14,138 bases of DNA from a virus. Taxonomy: Duplodnaviria; Heunggongvirae; Uroviricota; Caudoviricetes. The notes under the pieces are model-generated. The model ran no database searches. It saw only the letters and a program-made list of their open reading frames with translations, and was not told the DNA's origin. The stretch lies in IMG/VR virus record IMGVR_UViG_2690316152_000014; one strand, given 5' to 3'. Every line of letters begins with the position of its first letter. Within the stretch, counting starts at the first letter, position 1. The position numbers and the translations under genes are program-made. This document shows, piece after piece, positions 1 to 7,405 of this stretch.

Positions 1-387
1 ATGTTCAATATCATGATTCGTAAATTTGGTGAGATGACTTTCGAGAAAGCTGGTGTTGCTCGTACCGAAGAAGAAGCAATGGCCTTAGTTCTGGTAGCAC
101 TGAGATCATCACCTGAGATTATCGACGCTGAATATGTAGCCGCAGAAGGTGAGATTAAAGAGATTAAAGCGGTGGCTAAGGAATTAGGTGTTAAAGGTTT
201 CCGTAAGCTGAGATTGAATCGTGAGACTTATGTAATCGGTAAACAGGGGCAATATATGGATGAGAATAGCATAATTGTTCTACTGAATAAGATTACCCGC
301 TACGGTTGGAAGATTGAGCAATATAAAACGTGTTTCGAATTATACGAAAAAGGTTTGCTGGATACTCTGACCATCGTTCGCGCTTAA
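1..387 (+). CDS. hypothetical protein (128 aa); may be 5'-partial because the ORF begins at the window edge
   Basis: Open frame from position 1 to a TAA stop at 385-387, followed by a hairpin terminator. No motif recognised. Confidence 0.5.
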   Translation: MFNIMIRKFGEMTFEKAGVARTEEEAMALVLVALRSSPEIIDAEYVAAEGEIKEIKAVAKELGVKGFRKLRLNRETYVIGKQGQYMDENSIIVLLNKITRYGWKIEQYKTCFELYEKGLLDTLTIVRA

Positions 388-400
388 TTAATTTCTAATT

Positions 401-427
401 TGGTGGGTGCAATTCCCACCGCTTTTT
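401..427 (+). terminator. Rho-independent terminator candidate
   Basis: Stem GGTGGG/CCCACC with a 7-nt loop, followed by GCTTTTT, directly after the stop of the first ORF. Confidence 0.5.
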
Positions 428-445
428 AAACTAGGAGAATCAAAC

Positions 446-526
446 ATGTTAGCTTTTATCTCATTCGTGGGAGGTAGTCTCACAACTATGATTAGTCTTT
501 CTTATATTGTCGTTAGTATGGGGTGA
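446..526 (+). CDS. small hydrophobic peptide (26 aa, MLAFISFVGGSLTTMISLSYIVVSMG), not in the ORF track
   Basis: ATG at 446 preceded by AGGAG (433-437) at about 8 nt spacing. Entirely hydrophobic, consistent with a single transmembrane helix. TGA stop at 524-526. Confidence 0.3.
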   Translation: MLAFISFVGGSLTTMISLSYIVVSMG

Positions 527-529
527 GCA

Positions 530-655
530 ATGAAACAATTTCATGATGGCATTTCATCTAAGACATTCAAGAAAGAATATAGCGGCTTGCGTATTGACTG
601 GATGGATTTGATTGGCGCGGTTGTGTTTGGTCTGATTATTAGCATCAACTTTTAA
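530..655 (+). CDS. small membrane peptide (41 aa, MKQFHDGISSKTFKKEYSGLRIDWMDLIGAVVFGLIISINF), not in the ORF track
   Basis: ATG at 530 lies 3 nt after the stop of the preceding mini-ORF and is preceded by GGGGTGAG. Polar N-terminus and hydrophobic C-terminal helix. TAA at 653-655. Confidence 0.3.
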   Translation: MKQFHDGISSKTFKKEYSGLRIDWMDLIGAVVFGLIISINF

Positions 656-671
656 CGATATAAATATATCG
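656..671. promoter_or_regulatory. dyad-symmetric element CGATATA-AA-TATATCG containing TATAAATA; candidate operator or -10 region
   Basis: Inverted repeat with 7-bp arms read directly from the sequence, about 30 bp upstream of the ATG at 701. Confidence 0.3.
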
Positions 672-700
672 TAATTCAAACAACAAGAGGAAATTCTACT

Positions 701-1114
701 ATGAAAAAGATTATCGCTGGTATCGTTCTTGCTATGGGTTTGGTTGGTACTGCTAATGCTAATACCTATTATGTGTGTAATTCCTACTTCGAACATAAAG
801 GAGATGATACACGCTACCTGAGTGATGGCGACCGTTATTATCATGCACCGTCTGGAAAATACCGTGGTTTTATCGGTGTAAAGGTTCGAGTGAATGATGA
901 TAATAGTCAATTTGCTTTCAACGATCCGGTATTTGATAGAACAATCAAAAGCCCGAAACTGAAAGAAGATAAGAACGAGAAAGAAGAATATTATGGTTCC
1001 GAAGATGGTAAGTCTTACATCAAATATCTGCATTCTATAGATGGCGCTCCTATATTTGATGTTAAAAAAGGTGATACATCTTATACCCTGATTAGCTGCC
1101 GTGAAATTCTTTAA
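701..1114 (+). CDS. secreted/periplasmic protein of unknown function, with a cleavable signal peptide
   Basis: N-terminus MKKIIAGIVLAMGLVGTANA has an n-h-c signal-peptide layout and an A-N-A signal peptidase I site, with no lipobox. RBS AAGAGGA upstream. Two Cys in the mature part (CNSY and ISCREIL). Confidence 0.7.
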   Translation: MKKIIAGIVLAMGLVGTANANTYYVCNSYFEHKGDDTRYLSDGDRYYHAPSGKYRGFIGVKVRVNDDNSQFAFNDPVFDRTIKSPKLKEDKNEKEEYYGSEDGKSYIKYLHSIDGAPIFDVKKGDTSYTLISCREIL

Positions 1115-1129
1115 TCTTTAATCACCTAG

Positions 1130-1166
1130 CCCCTATCGTTATAATACACGGTAGGGGCGTTTTTGT
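1130..1166 (+). terminator. Rho-independent terminator candidate (loop holds a TATAAT hexamer)
   Basis: Stem CCCCTATCG/CGGTAGGGG (one G-U pair), 10-nt loop TTATAATACA, then CGTTTTTGTTT. Confidence 0.5.
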
Positions 1167-1177
1167 TTGGAAATGGT

Positions 1178-2860
1178 ATGAAAACTAAACTGTATTCGTA
1201 TATTCGCTTCTCTTCCATGAAGCAAGCAGATGGTAGTTCATTTGAACGCCAGAAGAGAACAGCGAAAGAGATAGCCGCAAAATATGATCTTGAGCTAGTT
1301 ACTTCCTATCAAGATTTCGGTGTATCTGCATTCAAAGGAGCTAACAGTAAAACAGGTGCATTATCTCGTTTTCTGGATGAGATTGGTCGATCCGTTCCGG
1401 TTGGTAGCTGGCTGGTGGTGGAAAACTTAGACCGTATCTCCCGTCAATCTGTTATTGAAGCTCAAGAGCTATTCCTTTCAATCATCCGCAGGGGAATAAC
1501 AATTGTTACTGGTATGGATGGGAAGGTCTATAGCAAAGAATCGGTTAATGCTAATCCCATCGATTTACTATTGAGTGTAATGTTGTTTGCTCGTGCAAAT
1601 GAGGAAAGTCAGACTAAACGCAATCGCACTAACTCAAGCGCACTACTCAAGGTTAAAGCCCATCAGGAGAATCCACAAAATCCGGCAGTGGCAATCGAGG
1701 AAATTGGTCGCAATATATGGTGGGCTGATACTTCATCGGGTTATGTGCTTCCACATCCGGTGTATTTTCCTGTTATCAAGAAAATCGTTGAATTAAAACA
1801 GAATGGTTATTCTAATGGTCGGGTTCTTGATTATCTGAATGAAAGAATCACCCCGCCTAATTACACAACGAACAAAGATACCCCTAAGAAATGGGCGCGT
1901 TCTATGTTAGCCAGGATGTTCTCTAACCGCGCTTTGCTTGGTATCAAAGAGATAACCATTGAAGGTGTGACATATGAGTTAAAGGATTATTACCCACGAG
2001 TGATGGAAGATGCCGAGTTCTATCAACTCAAGAAGACTATAGGACTGAGGTCGTTTTCTTATCCCACTAAGTCTAGTCCTGTTATTACCCTGTTAAGTGG
2101 TGCTGGCTTGCTTCGATGTGGTCATTGTGGGGCAAGTATGGTTAAGAGAAGCGGAGCATCAAAAGAGAGATTAGCCCAATATCGTTATATGTGCGATGGC
2201 GCAGATAGCAGGAGGACTAATTGTGATCATCCAAATTGGGGCTTTCGTGGTGATCAACTGGATAAGGCTGTATTGCAATTGCTGGCTGATAAAATCTGGA
2301 TTGCTGAGGATAAGGCTAATCCGATCCCAGGTATGCAAGCCCAGATTGAAGACATTTCACGCAAGATTGATAACCTGATTAGTCTTTCTGCAATGACAGG
2401 AGCAACGAAGGAACTAGCCGATCAGATTACTACCCTGAATCATGAGCGTGAGACCATCTATAACCAGATTAAGGTAATAGAAGAGAACATGTATTCAGTT
2501 GATTCTCAAGGCTGGGAGAAGCTAGCACAATTTGATTTAGAGGATGTTTGCAGCGAGGAACGGTTAAAAGTTCGATTGAAGATTAAAGAAGCTGTTAAGT
2601 CTATAAATTGTTACAAGATTGATACCAATTATAATCATTTTTTAATGGAGTACATCGACGGGAAGACACAAAGGATAGTGATCGAGAGGTCACGCCGTAA
2701 CAGGAAAGGGAGAATTTTTGTAGACGTGAAGACTATCAATGATAGGCAGATTCTGGAGAGCAACGGGCTTGTTCTGCATCCATGTTTAGACATGCTGACA
2801 GATAAGAACTGGAAACCGGAGGAAGAAATACCAGGTCCATTACAGGAATTTGGAATTTAA
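1178..2860 (+). CDS. large serine recombinase (probable phage integrase)
   Basis: N-terminal resolvase-type catalytic motifs: YIRFSSMKQ (catalytic Ser), SFERQ, and LVVENLDRISR. C-terminal zinc-ribbon cysteines (LLRCGHCG ... YMCDG ... NCDH) followed by coiled-coil-like sequence. Start set to the ATG at 1178; the track's 1163 is a TTG. Confidence 0.88.
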   Translation: MKTKLYSYIRFSSMKQADGSSFERQKRTAKEIAAKYDLELVTSYQDFGVSAFKGANSKTGALSRFLDEIGRSVPVGSWLVVENLDRISRQSVIEAQELFLSIIRRGITIVTGMDGKVYSKESVNANPIDLLLSVMLFARANEESQTKRNRTNSSALLKVKAHQENPQNPAVAIEEIGRNIWWADTSSGYVLPHPVYFPVIKKIVELKQNGYSNGRVLDYLNERITPPNYTTNKDTPKKWARSMLARMFSNRALLGIKEITIEGVTYELKDYYPRVMEDAEFYQLKKTIGLRSFSYPTKSSPVITLLSGAGLLRCGHCGASMVKRSGASKERLAQYRYMCDGADSRRTNCDHPNWGFRGDQLDKAVLQLLADKIWIAEDKANPIPGMQAQIEDISRKIDNLISLSAMTGATKELADQITTLNHERETIYNQIKVIEENMYSVDSQGWEKLAQFDLEDVCSEERLKVRLKIKEAVKSINCYKIDTNYNHFLMEYIDGKTQRIVIERSRRNRKGRIFVDVKTINDRQILESNGLVLHPCLDMLTDKNWKPEEEIPGPLQEFGI

Positions 2861-2896
2861 GCGGCCTAAATCGCTGCATAACGAGATAAACGCTTT

Positions 2897-2917
2897 AAGG
2901 GGTACGTACCCCTTTTT
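2897..2917 (+). terminator. hairpin terminator / perfect 18-bp palindrome AAGGGGTACGTACCCCTT followed by T-run
   Basis: Perfect palindrome at 2897-2914 plus TTT, located 37 nt after the recombinase stop. Confidence 0.45.
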
Positions 2918-2929
2918 AATTTAATTGCG

Positions 2930-3925
2930 TTACGCGGCCTCTAAGGGGCTTAAATCAAGTTCTAGGTCTTCCGGTTCCAACTCGGCTAATGGCATTGAGT
3001 GCATCATAGCGAAATCACGTTCTATATCATCTTCGGTTATGTAGTCTTCTGGGTTGATTTCGAAATCAGCATCAAAATATATTGGTTCGGGCGAATTGTT
3101 ATAAATGTACTCCTGTATGAATTTTTTCACATCATCCATTTTGCTGATTGGTAAAGTTTCAGTATAACCACGAGACATTAATTTACGACTAATCCGCTTA
3201 CCTTTGATGTGTTTTTTGATGCCACTTTCTAAATCACCAGCTTTCCAGCCGCAATCAAACGTGTGTGAATATTCAAGGGATAATATTTCATCGGTGTATC
3301 TTTGAGTTTCATACATTCGACGTAGTGGATTTTTGCGCGTAGTTATACCAAATTTTAAAAATTTTTCTCCTACACGAAAAACATAAAAAATAACTGGTCG
3401 ATGTGTATCTTTGTTCATCAAAGCATGTTGTTTCCCGTTTGAAAGAGCAGTTATAGCGCCACGTATAAGAGGACAAGTTAAACTCCCCCGATTACGACTA
3501 CTAAACAAATCGGCTTTGTTGTATATTTTACCATGACAATTACATTTTAGTTTTAGATGGGTTGTTATTCCTCTGTATGGTTCGGCTAGCCCTAAAACAT
3601 CCCAGCCAATCTTATTAAAGAAATTGGTTGAAACTTGTATGTACTCATGTTCTGTATACATGCAAGGTTTCTTATATGTTGGGTGATGGTCTTTTCCTGT
3701 AAACTTACCCATTAAGACACGTTGTAATAAAGGAGTTTTAACTTTATCGCCAACTTTTATATAAACTTTTGTTCGCTGGAATGGCTTATGGATAGGTAGA
3801 ACGAATCCCCCATAAATCCATCCATTAGATTTACATTGGTCAACAACCATTGATTCATATTCAGATGGGCTTTTAGCCGTTGATTTTTTGATGAAAGGAA
3901 TATCTTTAGCAAAAACGGTTTTCAT
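2930..3925 (-). CDS. Cys-rich GIY-YIG-like (T5orf172-like) putative homing endonuclease, paralog A
   Basis: ATG at 3925 with GAGGA RBS. Segment VIFYVFRVGEKFLKFGITT resembles a GIY-x(10)-YIG signature. Cys/His clusters upstream (LKLKCNCHG, LTCPL). Acidic C-terminal tail. Clearly paralogous to the 5053-6090 protein (shared WIYGGFVLP/LIYHGFVMP, KFGIT/KYGIT, GYTET). Confidence 0.55.
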   Translation of the reverse strand: MKTVFAKDIPFIKKSTAKSPSEYESMVVDQCKSNGWIYGGFVLPIHKPFQRTKVYIKVGDKVKTPLLQRVLMGKFTGKDHHPTYKKPCMYTEHEYIQVSTNFFNKIGWDVLGLAEPYRGITTHLKLKCNCHGKIYNKADLFSSRNRGSLTCPLIRGAITALSNGKQHALMNKDTHRPVIFYVFRVGEKFLKFGITTRKNPLRRMYETQRYTDEILSLEYSHTFDCGWKAGDLESGIKKHIKGKRISRKLMSRGYTETLPISKMDDVKKFIQEYIYNNSPEPIYFDADFEINPEDYITEDDIERDFAMMHSMPLAELEPEDLELDLSPLEAA

Positions 3926-3996
3926 AATAGCGAATCCTCATAAATTAAATTCACTATTATTTATTAGTATTTTTCTTGATAATAAAGATTGTTATT

Positions 3997-4668
3997 ATGT
4001 GTGATATTAAAATTAGCTTCATCAATTATAGCCATGTGAAAATTGATTATTCTCCTTCCATTGCAATGGAATTGAGAGATTATTTTAGCTTTGAAGTGGA
4101 AGGAGCCAGATTTAGTCCCAGATACAAATATTCGGGCTGGGATGGTCGTATTAGACTTTTTACCTATGAAAATTTGATGCCTATTGGCTTAGTTCGAATG
4201 GTTAGCGTGTTTTCAAAAAATATGGGTTATAGTGTTTTGATAGACCCTAGACTTTTGGAGCGGGAAAATGTCGATGAAAAGGAAATCGAAAAATGGTGCA
4301 ATGTCCTAGAATTATATTCTGGTGCTAACAGAGTTACCCCGCACTGGTATCAATCAAAAGCAGTCTTTGAAGGTATTCATCATAAACGTAGAATGTTAGT
4401 TCTTCCTACGTCCGCTGGCAAATCTGCTATCGCTTGTATGTTATCTCGTTGGTACTTAGAGAACTACGAAGGCAAAGTGTTGATCATTGTCCCGACGACC
4501 TCGCTTGTTCTCCAGATGCGGGATGATTTTGTTGATTATCGCCAGTTTCCTTATGAAGCTATTCATACTATCATGAGCGGTACTAGTAAGCATGTAGGGG
4601 ATCGCCTGATTGTTGTCAGTACATGGCAATCCGCTTGTAAACAGCCTCGTGAATGGTTTAAACAATAA
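3997..4668 (+). CDS. uvsW: UvsW-like SF2 DNA helicase, N-terminal fragment (223 aa), stops just before motif II; likely a gene remnant
   Basis: Collinear with the T4 UvsW N-terminus as recalled from memory: N-terminal domain, PHWYQ, Walker A LPTSAGKS, YLENYEGKVLIIVPTT, and WQS..KQPREWF. The ORF stops immediately before the expected DECH box. Start set to ATG 3997 (the track's 3976 is TTG). Confidence 0.7.
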   Translation: MCDIKISFINYSHVKIDYSPSIAMELRDYFSFEVEGARFSPRYKYSGWDGRIRLFTYENLMPIGLVRMVSVFSKNMGYSVLIDPRLLERENVDEKEIEKWCNVLELYSGANRVTPHWYQSKAVFEGIHHKRRMLVLPTSAGKSAIACMLSRWYLENYEGKVLIIVPTTSLVLQMRDDFVDYRQFPYEAIHTIMSGTSKHVGDRLIVVSTWQSACKQPREWFKQ

Positions 4669-4697
4669 AAAAGCGCCTACTATGAGGCGCTTTAATT
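4669..4697. terminator. bidirectional hairpin terminator between convergent genes
   Basis: AAAAAAGCGCCT-ACTATG-AGGCGCTTTAATTTTA: GC-rich stem flanked by an A-run and a T-run, between the uvsW fragment stop and the peptidase stop. Confidence 0.55.
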
Positions 4698-5051
4698 TTA
4701 TCCATACCAGCGGGATTTAGTGGAACGGCTATCAATATGGGTAAAGGTTTTATATTTGCCTAAGCCATATTGATTAGGATATTTGCTATCTAGATACGCG
4801 TGAACAATATCAGGCGAGACACCTTTCACTACAATATCTGCGGCCTTGCCCGTGATATGAATCGAACGAGAAGCACCACCAACTTTCTTATTGTGTGCCG
4901 GACAACGGTTAGCACTGTTAATAACTACTGGTTTCCCGAAGTGTTCGCGTACATCCTCAAGAATTGCCAGTAATTCCGCGTCTACGGTATCTTGTCCGCA
5001 CTTTCCACATTTGCATTCAAATTCCTTGCGAGAAAAATGTTTGCTTAACAT
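4698..5051 (-). CDS. peptidase M15-family protein (zinc D-Ala-D-Ala carboxypeptidase-like); possible cell-wall hydrolase
   Basis: Motifs SANRCPAHNKKVGGASRSIH, GKAADI and FTHID fit the H...D...H zinc site of M15 peptidases. N-terminal CKCGKC cluster. Start is 1 nt after the stop of the upstream paralog-B gene, with a GGGGG SD. Confidence 0.6.
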   Translation of the reverse strand: MLSKHFSRKEFECKCGKCGQDTVDAELLAILEDVREHFGKPVVINSANRCPAHNKKVGGASRSIHITGKAADIVVKGVSPDIVHAYLDSKYPNQYGLGKYKTFTHIDSRSTKSRWYG

Positions 5052-5052
5052 A

Positions 5053-6090
5053 TTACCCCCTATATGTAATTTTATAGTTGTTGGAGTTTTTACAAAAATC
5101 CATTGCCATTTTTCTAATCTGCGCTTCTTTGGTTATGTCACATGTTTCTGTATATCCGTCTGGGATTAGTTCTTTTGGTGCAGCGTGACTTCCTATGTTA
5201 TGTTTTACGGAATATTCTAGGTCATTGGCAACTTTTCCGTCACCGAAAGTTATATACCACAATAACTTGTGAGATAATCCTGACTCTCTTGATTGTTGTG
5301 TGATTCTCTTTTGTGGGTTTAGGTGATTTGTTATTCCATATTTGATATAATCGCCTACTTGCTGGACATAGAAAACACCTGGTTTACTTTTGTTATACCC
5401 ACTCTTAGAACAGCACGGACAACCATCGTTTTCGTAAACCAAACCATACGCAACAATAGTATCTGATATATGGCCTTTTTCACACTTTAGTTTTAGTTTT
5501 GACATAGCCAAAATTGGGGATTTAGGTCGTTTTATTAATTTGAGTCTCTTTTCTTTGCACCCGTCTTCAATTAATCCCAACCATTCGTCGTCTGTGTGCT
5601 TTCTCTTATTAATTCCTCTCTTAATTGACCCACAATGACGGCACCCAGCATCATTGTTTATGATTCTTGTGATTATCGTTTCGTATGTGGTGTTACAACA
5701 AGTGCATTTATATGATGCCTTTGTATCAAGCCCTTTATATTCTTCCAACAAACCAACTAAAACCATCTCTTTACGTTCTAATACATTGCTTGCTTTGGTG
5801 AGAATGGTTTCTTCGTCTCTATTATTTTTCTTTGGTAGTTTTAAAGAATCTCTATAACATTCAATACAAGCACCTTGTTTCTTAAGGGATTTGAATACTA
5901 TCGTTCTTGATGTGTTGTGTTTTTTGCAAGTTACATAAACGTGTGTATATTGACCTTTCCACGGCATGACGAAGCCATGATAAATCAAACCTAATTCACC
6001 ACATCGTTTAATTGCAATTGTTTCATAGTCGTGCGGAGTTTTTCTTTTGAATCCGGTGTAATCGATATATTCAGCAAATAAAACTTCCAT
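5053..6090 (-). CDS. Cys-rich GIY-YIG-like (T5orf172-like) putative homing endonuclease, paralog B
   Basis: Three Cys-rich modules (KRCG..VTCKKH..CIEC; KCTCC..GCRHCG; LKCEKGH..GCPCC), then GVFYVQQVGDYIKYGIT (GIY-YIG-like) and DGYTET. GGGGGA SD upstream of ATG 6090. Confidence 0.55.
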   Translation of the reverse strand: MEVLFAEYIDYTGFKRKTPHDYETIAIKRCGELGLIYHGFVMPWKGQYTHVYVTCKKHNTSRTIVFKSLKKQGACIECYRDSLKLPKKNNRDEETILTKASNVLERKEMVLVGLLEEYKGLDTKASYKCTCCNTTYETIITRIINNDAGCRHCGSIKRGINKRKHTDDEWLGLIEDGCKEKRLKLIKRPKSPILAMSKLKLKCEKGHISDTIVAYGLVYENDGCPCCSKSGYNKSKPGVFYVQQVGDYIKYGITNHLNPQKRITQQSRESGLSHKLLWYITFGDGKVANDLEYSVKHNIGSHAAPKELIPDGYTETCDITKEAQIRKMAMDFCKNSNNYKITYRG

Positions 6091-6100
6091 TAGTCCCCCA

Positions 6101-6128
6101 AATAAAAAAGCGACCGAAATTGGTCGCT
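6101..6128 (-). terminator. Rho-independent terminator ending the post-J cassette
   Basis: On the minus strand: stem AGCGACC/GGTCGCT with loop AATTTC, followed by TTTTTTATTT. Confidence 0.6.
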
Positions 6129-6142
6129 TGTATTTATTCGAG

Positions 6143-6490
6143 TTAAATGTATTGTAGAAGATACCCGGTAAAGCGGAGTCCCTTGATATAGTAGTTAGTA
6201 GTGCCTAGACATACCGCTCGTGTATCGCCAATACAATTGAAGTTGTAAGGATTAACTACATCAATCTCCTGCCCTACACGAAAGCGATACTTAGGACGTT
6301 TAGCGAGTGTCGCAACACAAAACACTAGCCCGTTACCATCATCGCGGATCATCTGCTTGAATTGTTTATGTTGGACTCTCTTCGCCTCAAAATCATAGGT
6401 CATTGATTCAGGGCTAATGCCATTGATAAAAATACCGGAAAGCTGATCGACCGGATAAGTAGGAAATTCAGTGAAAATATTTTTAGCCAT
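6143..6490 (-). CDS. hypothetical protein (115 aa)
   Basis: ORF with a GGGGG SD 7 nt upstream of ATG 6490. Last gene before the terminator. No motif recognised. Confidence 0.55.
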   Translation of the reverse strand: MAKNIFTEFPTYPVDQLSGIFINGISPESMTYDFEAKRVQHKQFKQMIRDDGNGLVFCVATLAKRPKYRFRVGQEIDVVNPYNFNCIGDTRAVCLGTTNYYIKGLRFTGYLLQYI

Positions 6491-6529
6491 GTTATACCCC
6501 CCATAAGTTTCTATGAGGGTATTTATGGA

Positions 6530-7213
6530 TTAAACGTATTTCATGCGTGATTTAATGTGCTTATTGATATGTTCAAGCATCATTACTTCGTTGCTTTCCC
6601 ACGATCCTAGCGTCGAATAACGAGTAGAAATTTTATCCGACTTAACGGCAACAATTCGCTTACTCTGTTTCTGTGTGCGTTTCTCTAAGCGACGTTTTGC
6701 CACCGCCGATCCATTCTTAGCGCGTTTGGTTCGGGATTTCTTAGGCTTGTACTTCTTCATGATAAAAGTCCCTTCCTGGTTCTCTACCTTGATGAAGTTG
6801 CCGTTTTCGATGTTACGCATCATCTTACCGCCTTTGATGGCCTTAATGTTCCCGTGAGAGTCTAAGACCTTACCGTTAGCGATTGGCACTAGCTTATTGA
6901 TTTTGCCACCATCGAAATAGTGTTTCAGATAGTCGTCCTGACTGCCGATCTTCTTGTCCTTATCCCTTGCTCCCTTGATGAAGATTTGGTGTCTGGTCCC
7001 TGATCGGTTCTTGTAGTTGGTATTGCCTACCGCTTGCTGAGTCCATCGAGTAGGTCTATCAACATTCTTGTTAATCTTCTTCTGGAGTGCTCTGGAAGCA
7101 AAGATCGCCCCTTCCCCTATCGCCTTTTCGAATGTATCGGTTGCCTTATCAGTCCATTGGCGTAACGCTTTCTTAGTCCTTAGAGCGTTTCGTTTATTGG
7201 TACTGATTGACAT
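6530..7213 (-). CDS. hypothetical highly basic protein (227 aa, Lys/Arg-rich)
   Basis: GGGGGG SD. Start is 1 nt after the stop of the 56-aa ORF. Long K/R-rich stretches (KKYKPKKSRTKRAKN, KRRLEKRTQKQSKR) suggest nucleic-acid binding or a virion-internal role. Confidence 0.6.
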   Translation of the reverse strand: MSISTNKRNALRTKKALRQWTDKATDTFEKAIGEGAIFASRALQKKINKNVDRPTRWTQQAVGNTNYKNRSGTRHQIFIKGARDKDKKIGSQDDYLKHYFDGGKINKLVPIANGKVLDSHGNIKAIKGGKMMRNIENGNFIKVENQEGTFIMKKYKPKKSRTKRAKNGSAVAKRRLEKRTQKQSKRIVAVKSDKISTRYSTLGSWESNEVMMLEHINKHIKSRMKYV

Positions 7214-7214
7214 A

Positions 7215-7385
7215 TTACCCCCCTAATAACGAAAAGACCCCCGCTAGTGTCCTGAGTAATTGTTCATCCACGGTCATAGCCGGGAGTTCAAGCCCAAAGG
7301 ACGTAAGCAGAGGTCTAATAGCTACGTTATAAGTGAGGGCGATAATCAAGAGATAACCAAAATATTTCTTAAGTCTATTCTTCAT
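7215..7385 (-). CDS. small membrane protein (56 aa, MKNRLKKYFGYLLIIALTYNVAIRPLLTSFGLELPAMTVDEQLLRTLAGVFSLLGG), not in the ORF track
   Basis: ATG at 7385 preceded by GGGGTG at about 6 nt. Hydrophobic helix YFGYLLIIALTY. Ends GGG-GGG-TAA, and that stop is coupled to the start of the 227-aa gene. Confidence 0.4.
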   Translation of the reverse strand: MKNRLKKYFGYLLIIALTYNVAIRPLLTSFGLELPAMTVDEQLLRTLAGVFSLLGG

Positions 7386-7405
7386 ATATTCACCCCTTTT
7401 TATTA

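Noticed and set aside
554-1033. 159-aa minus-strand ORF
   Set aside because: Antisense to the well-supported signal-peptide gene (701-1114) and the mini-ORF region. Low-complexity Ile/Phe-rich translation typical of AT-rich antisense frames, with no RBS.
1163-1177. TTG start for the recombinase as listed in the ORF track
   Set aside because: The first in-frame ATG is at 1178 and gives the canonical serine recombinase N-terminus (MKTKLYSYIRFSS). The upstream 5 codons lie inside the terminator T-run.
1587-2378. 69-aa and 60-aa plus-strand ORFs (1587-1796, 2196-2378)
   Set aside because: Alternative frames inside the recombinase gene, with no independent signals.
3976-3996. TTG start for the UvsW-like ORF as listed in the ORF track
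   Set aside because: Alignment with the UvsW N-terminus begins at the Met at 3997 (MCDIKISF vs MDIKVHF). The upstream codons are an AT-rich leader.
4456-5857. Short ORFs 4456-4665 (-), 4891-5169 (+), 5654-5857 (+)
   Set aside because: Antisense or alternative-frame ORFs within the helicase fragment, the peptidase and the endonuclease-like gene. No RBS, and implausible compositions.
7270-7300. tRNA-like T-loop motif (GAGTTCAAGCCC)
   Set aside because: No complementary T-stem or acceptor stem could be built on either strand, and it lies inside the 56-aa coding frame.
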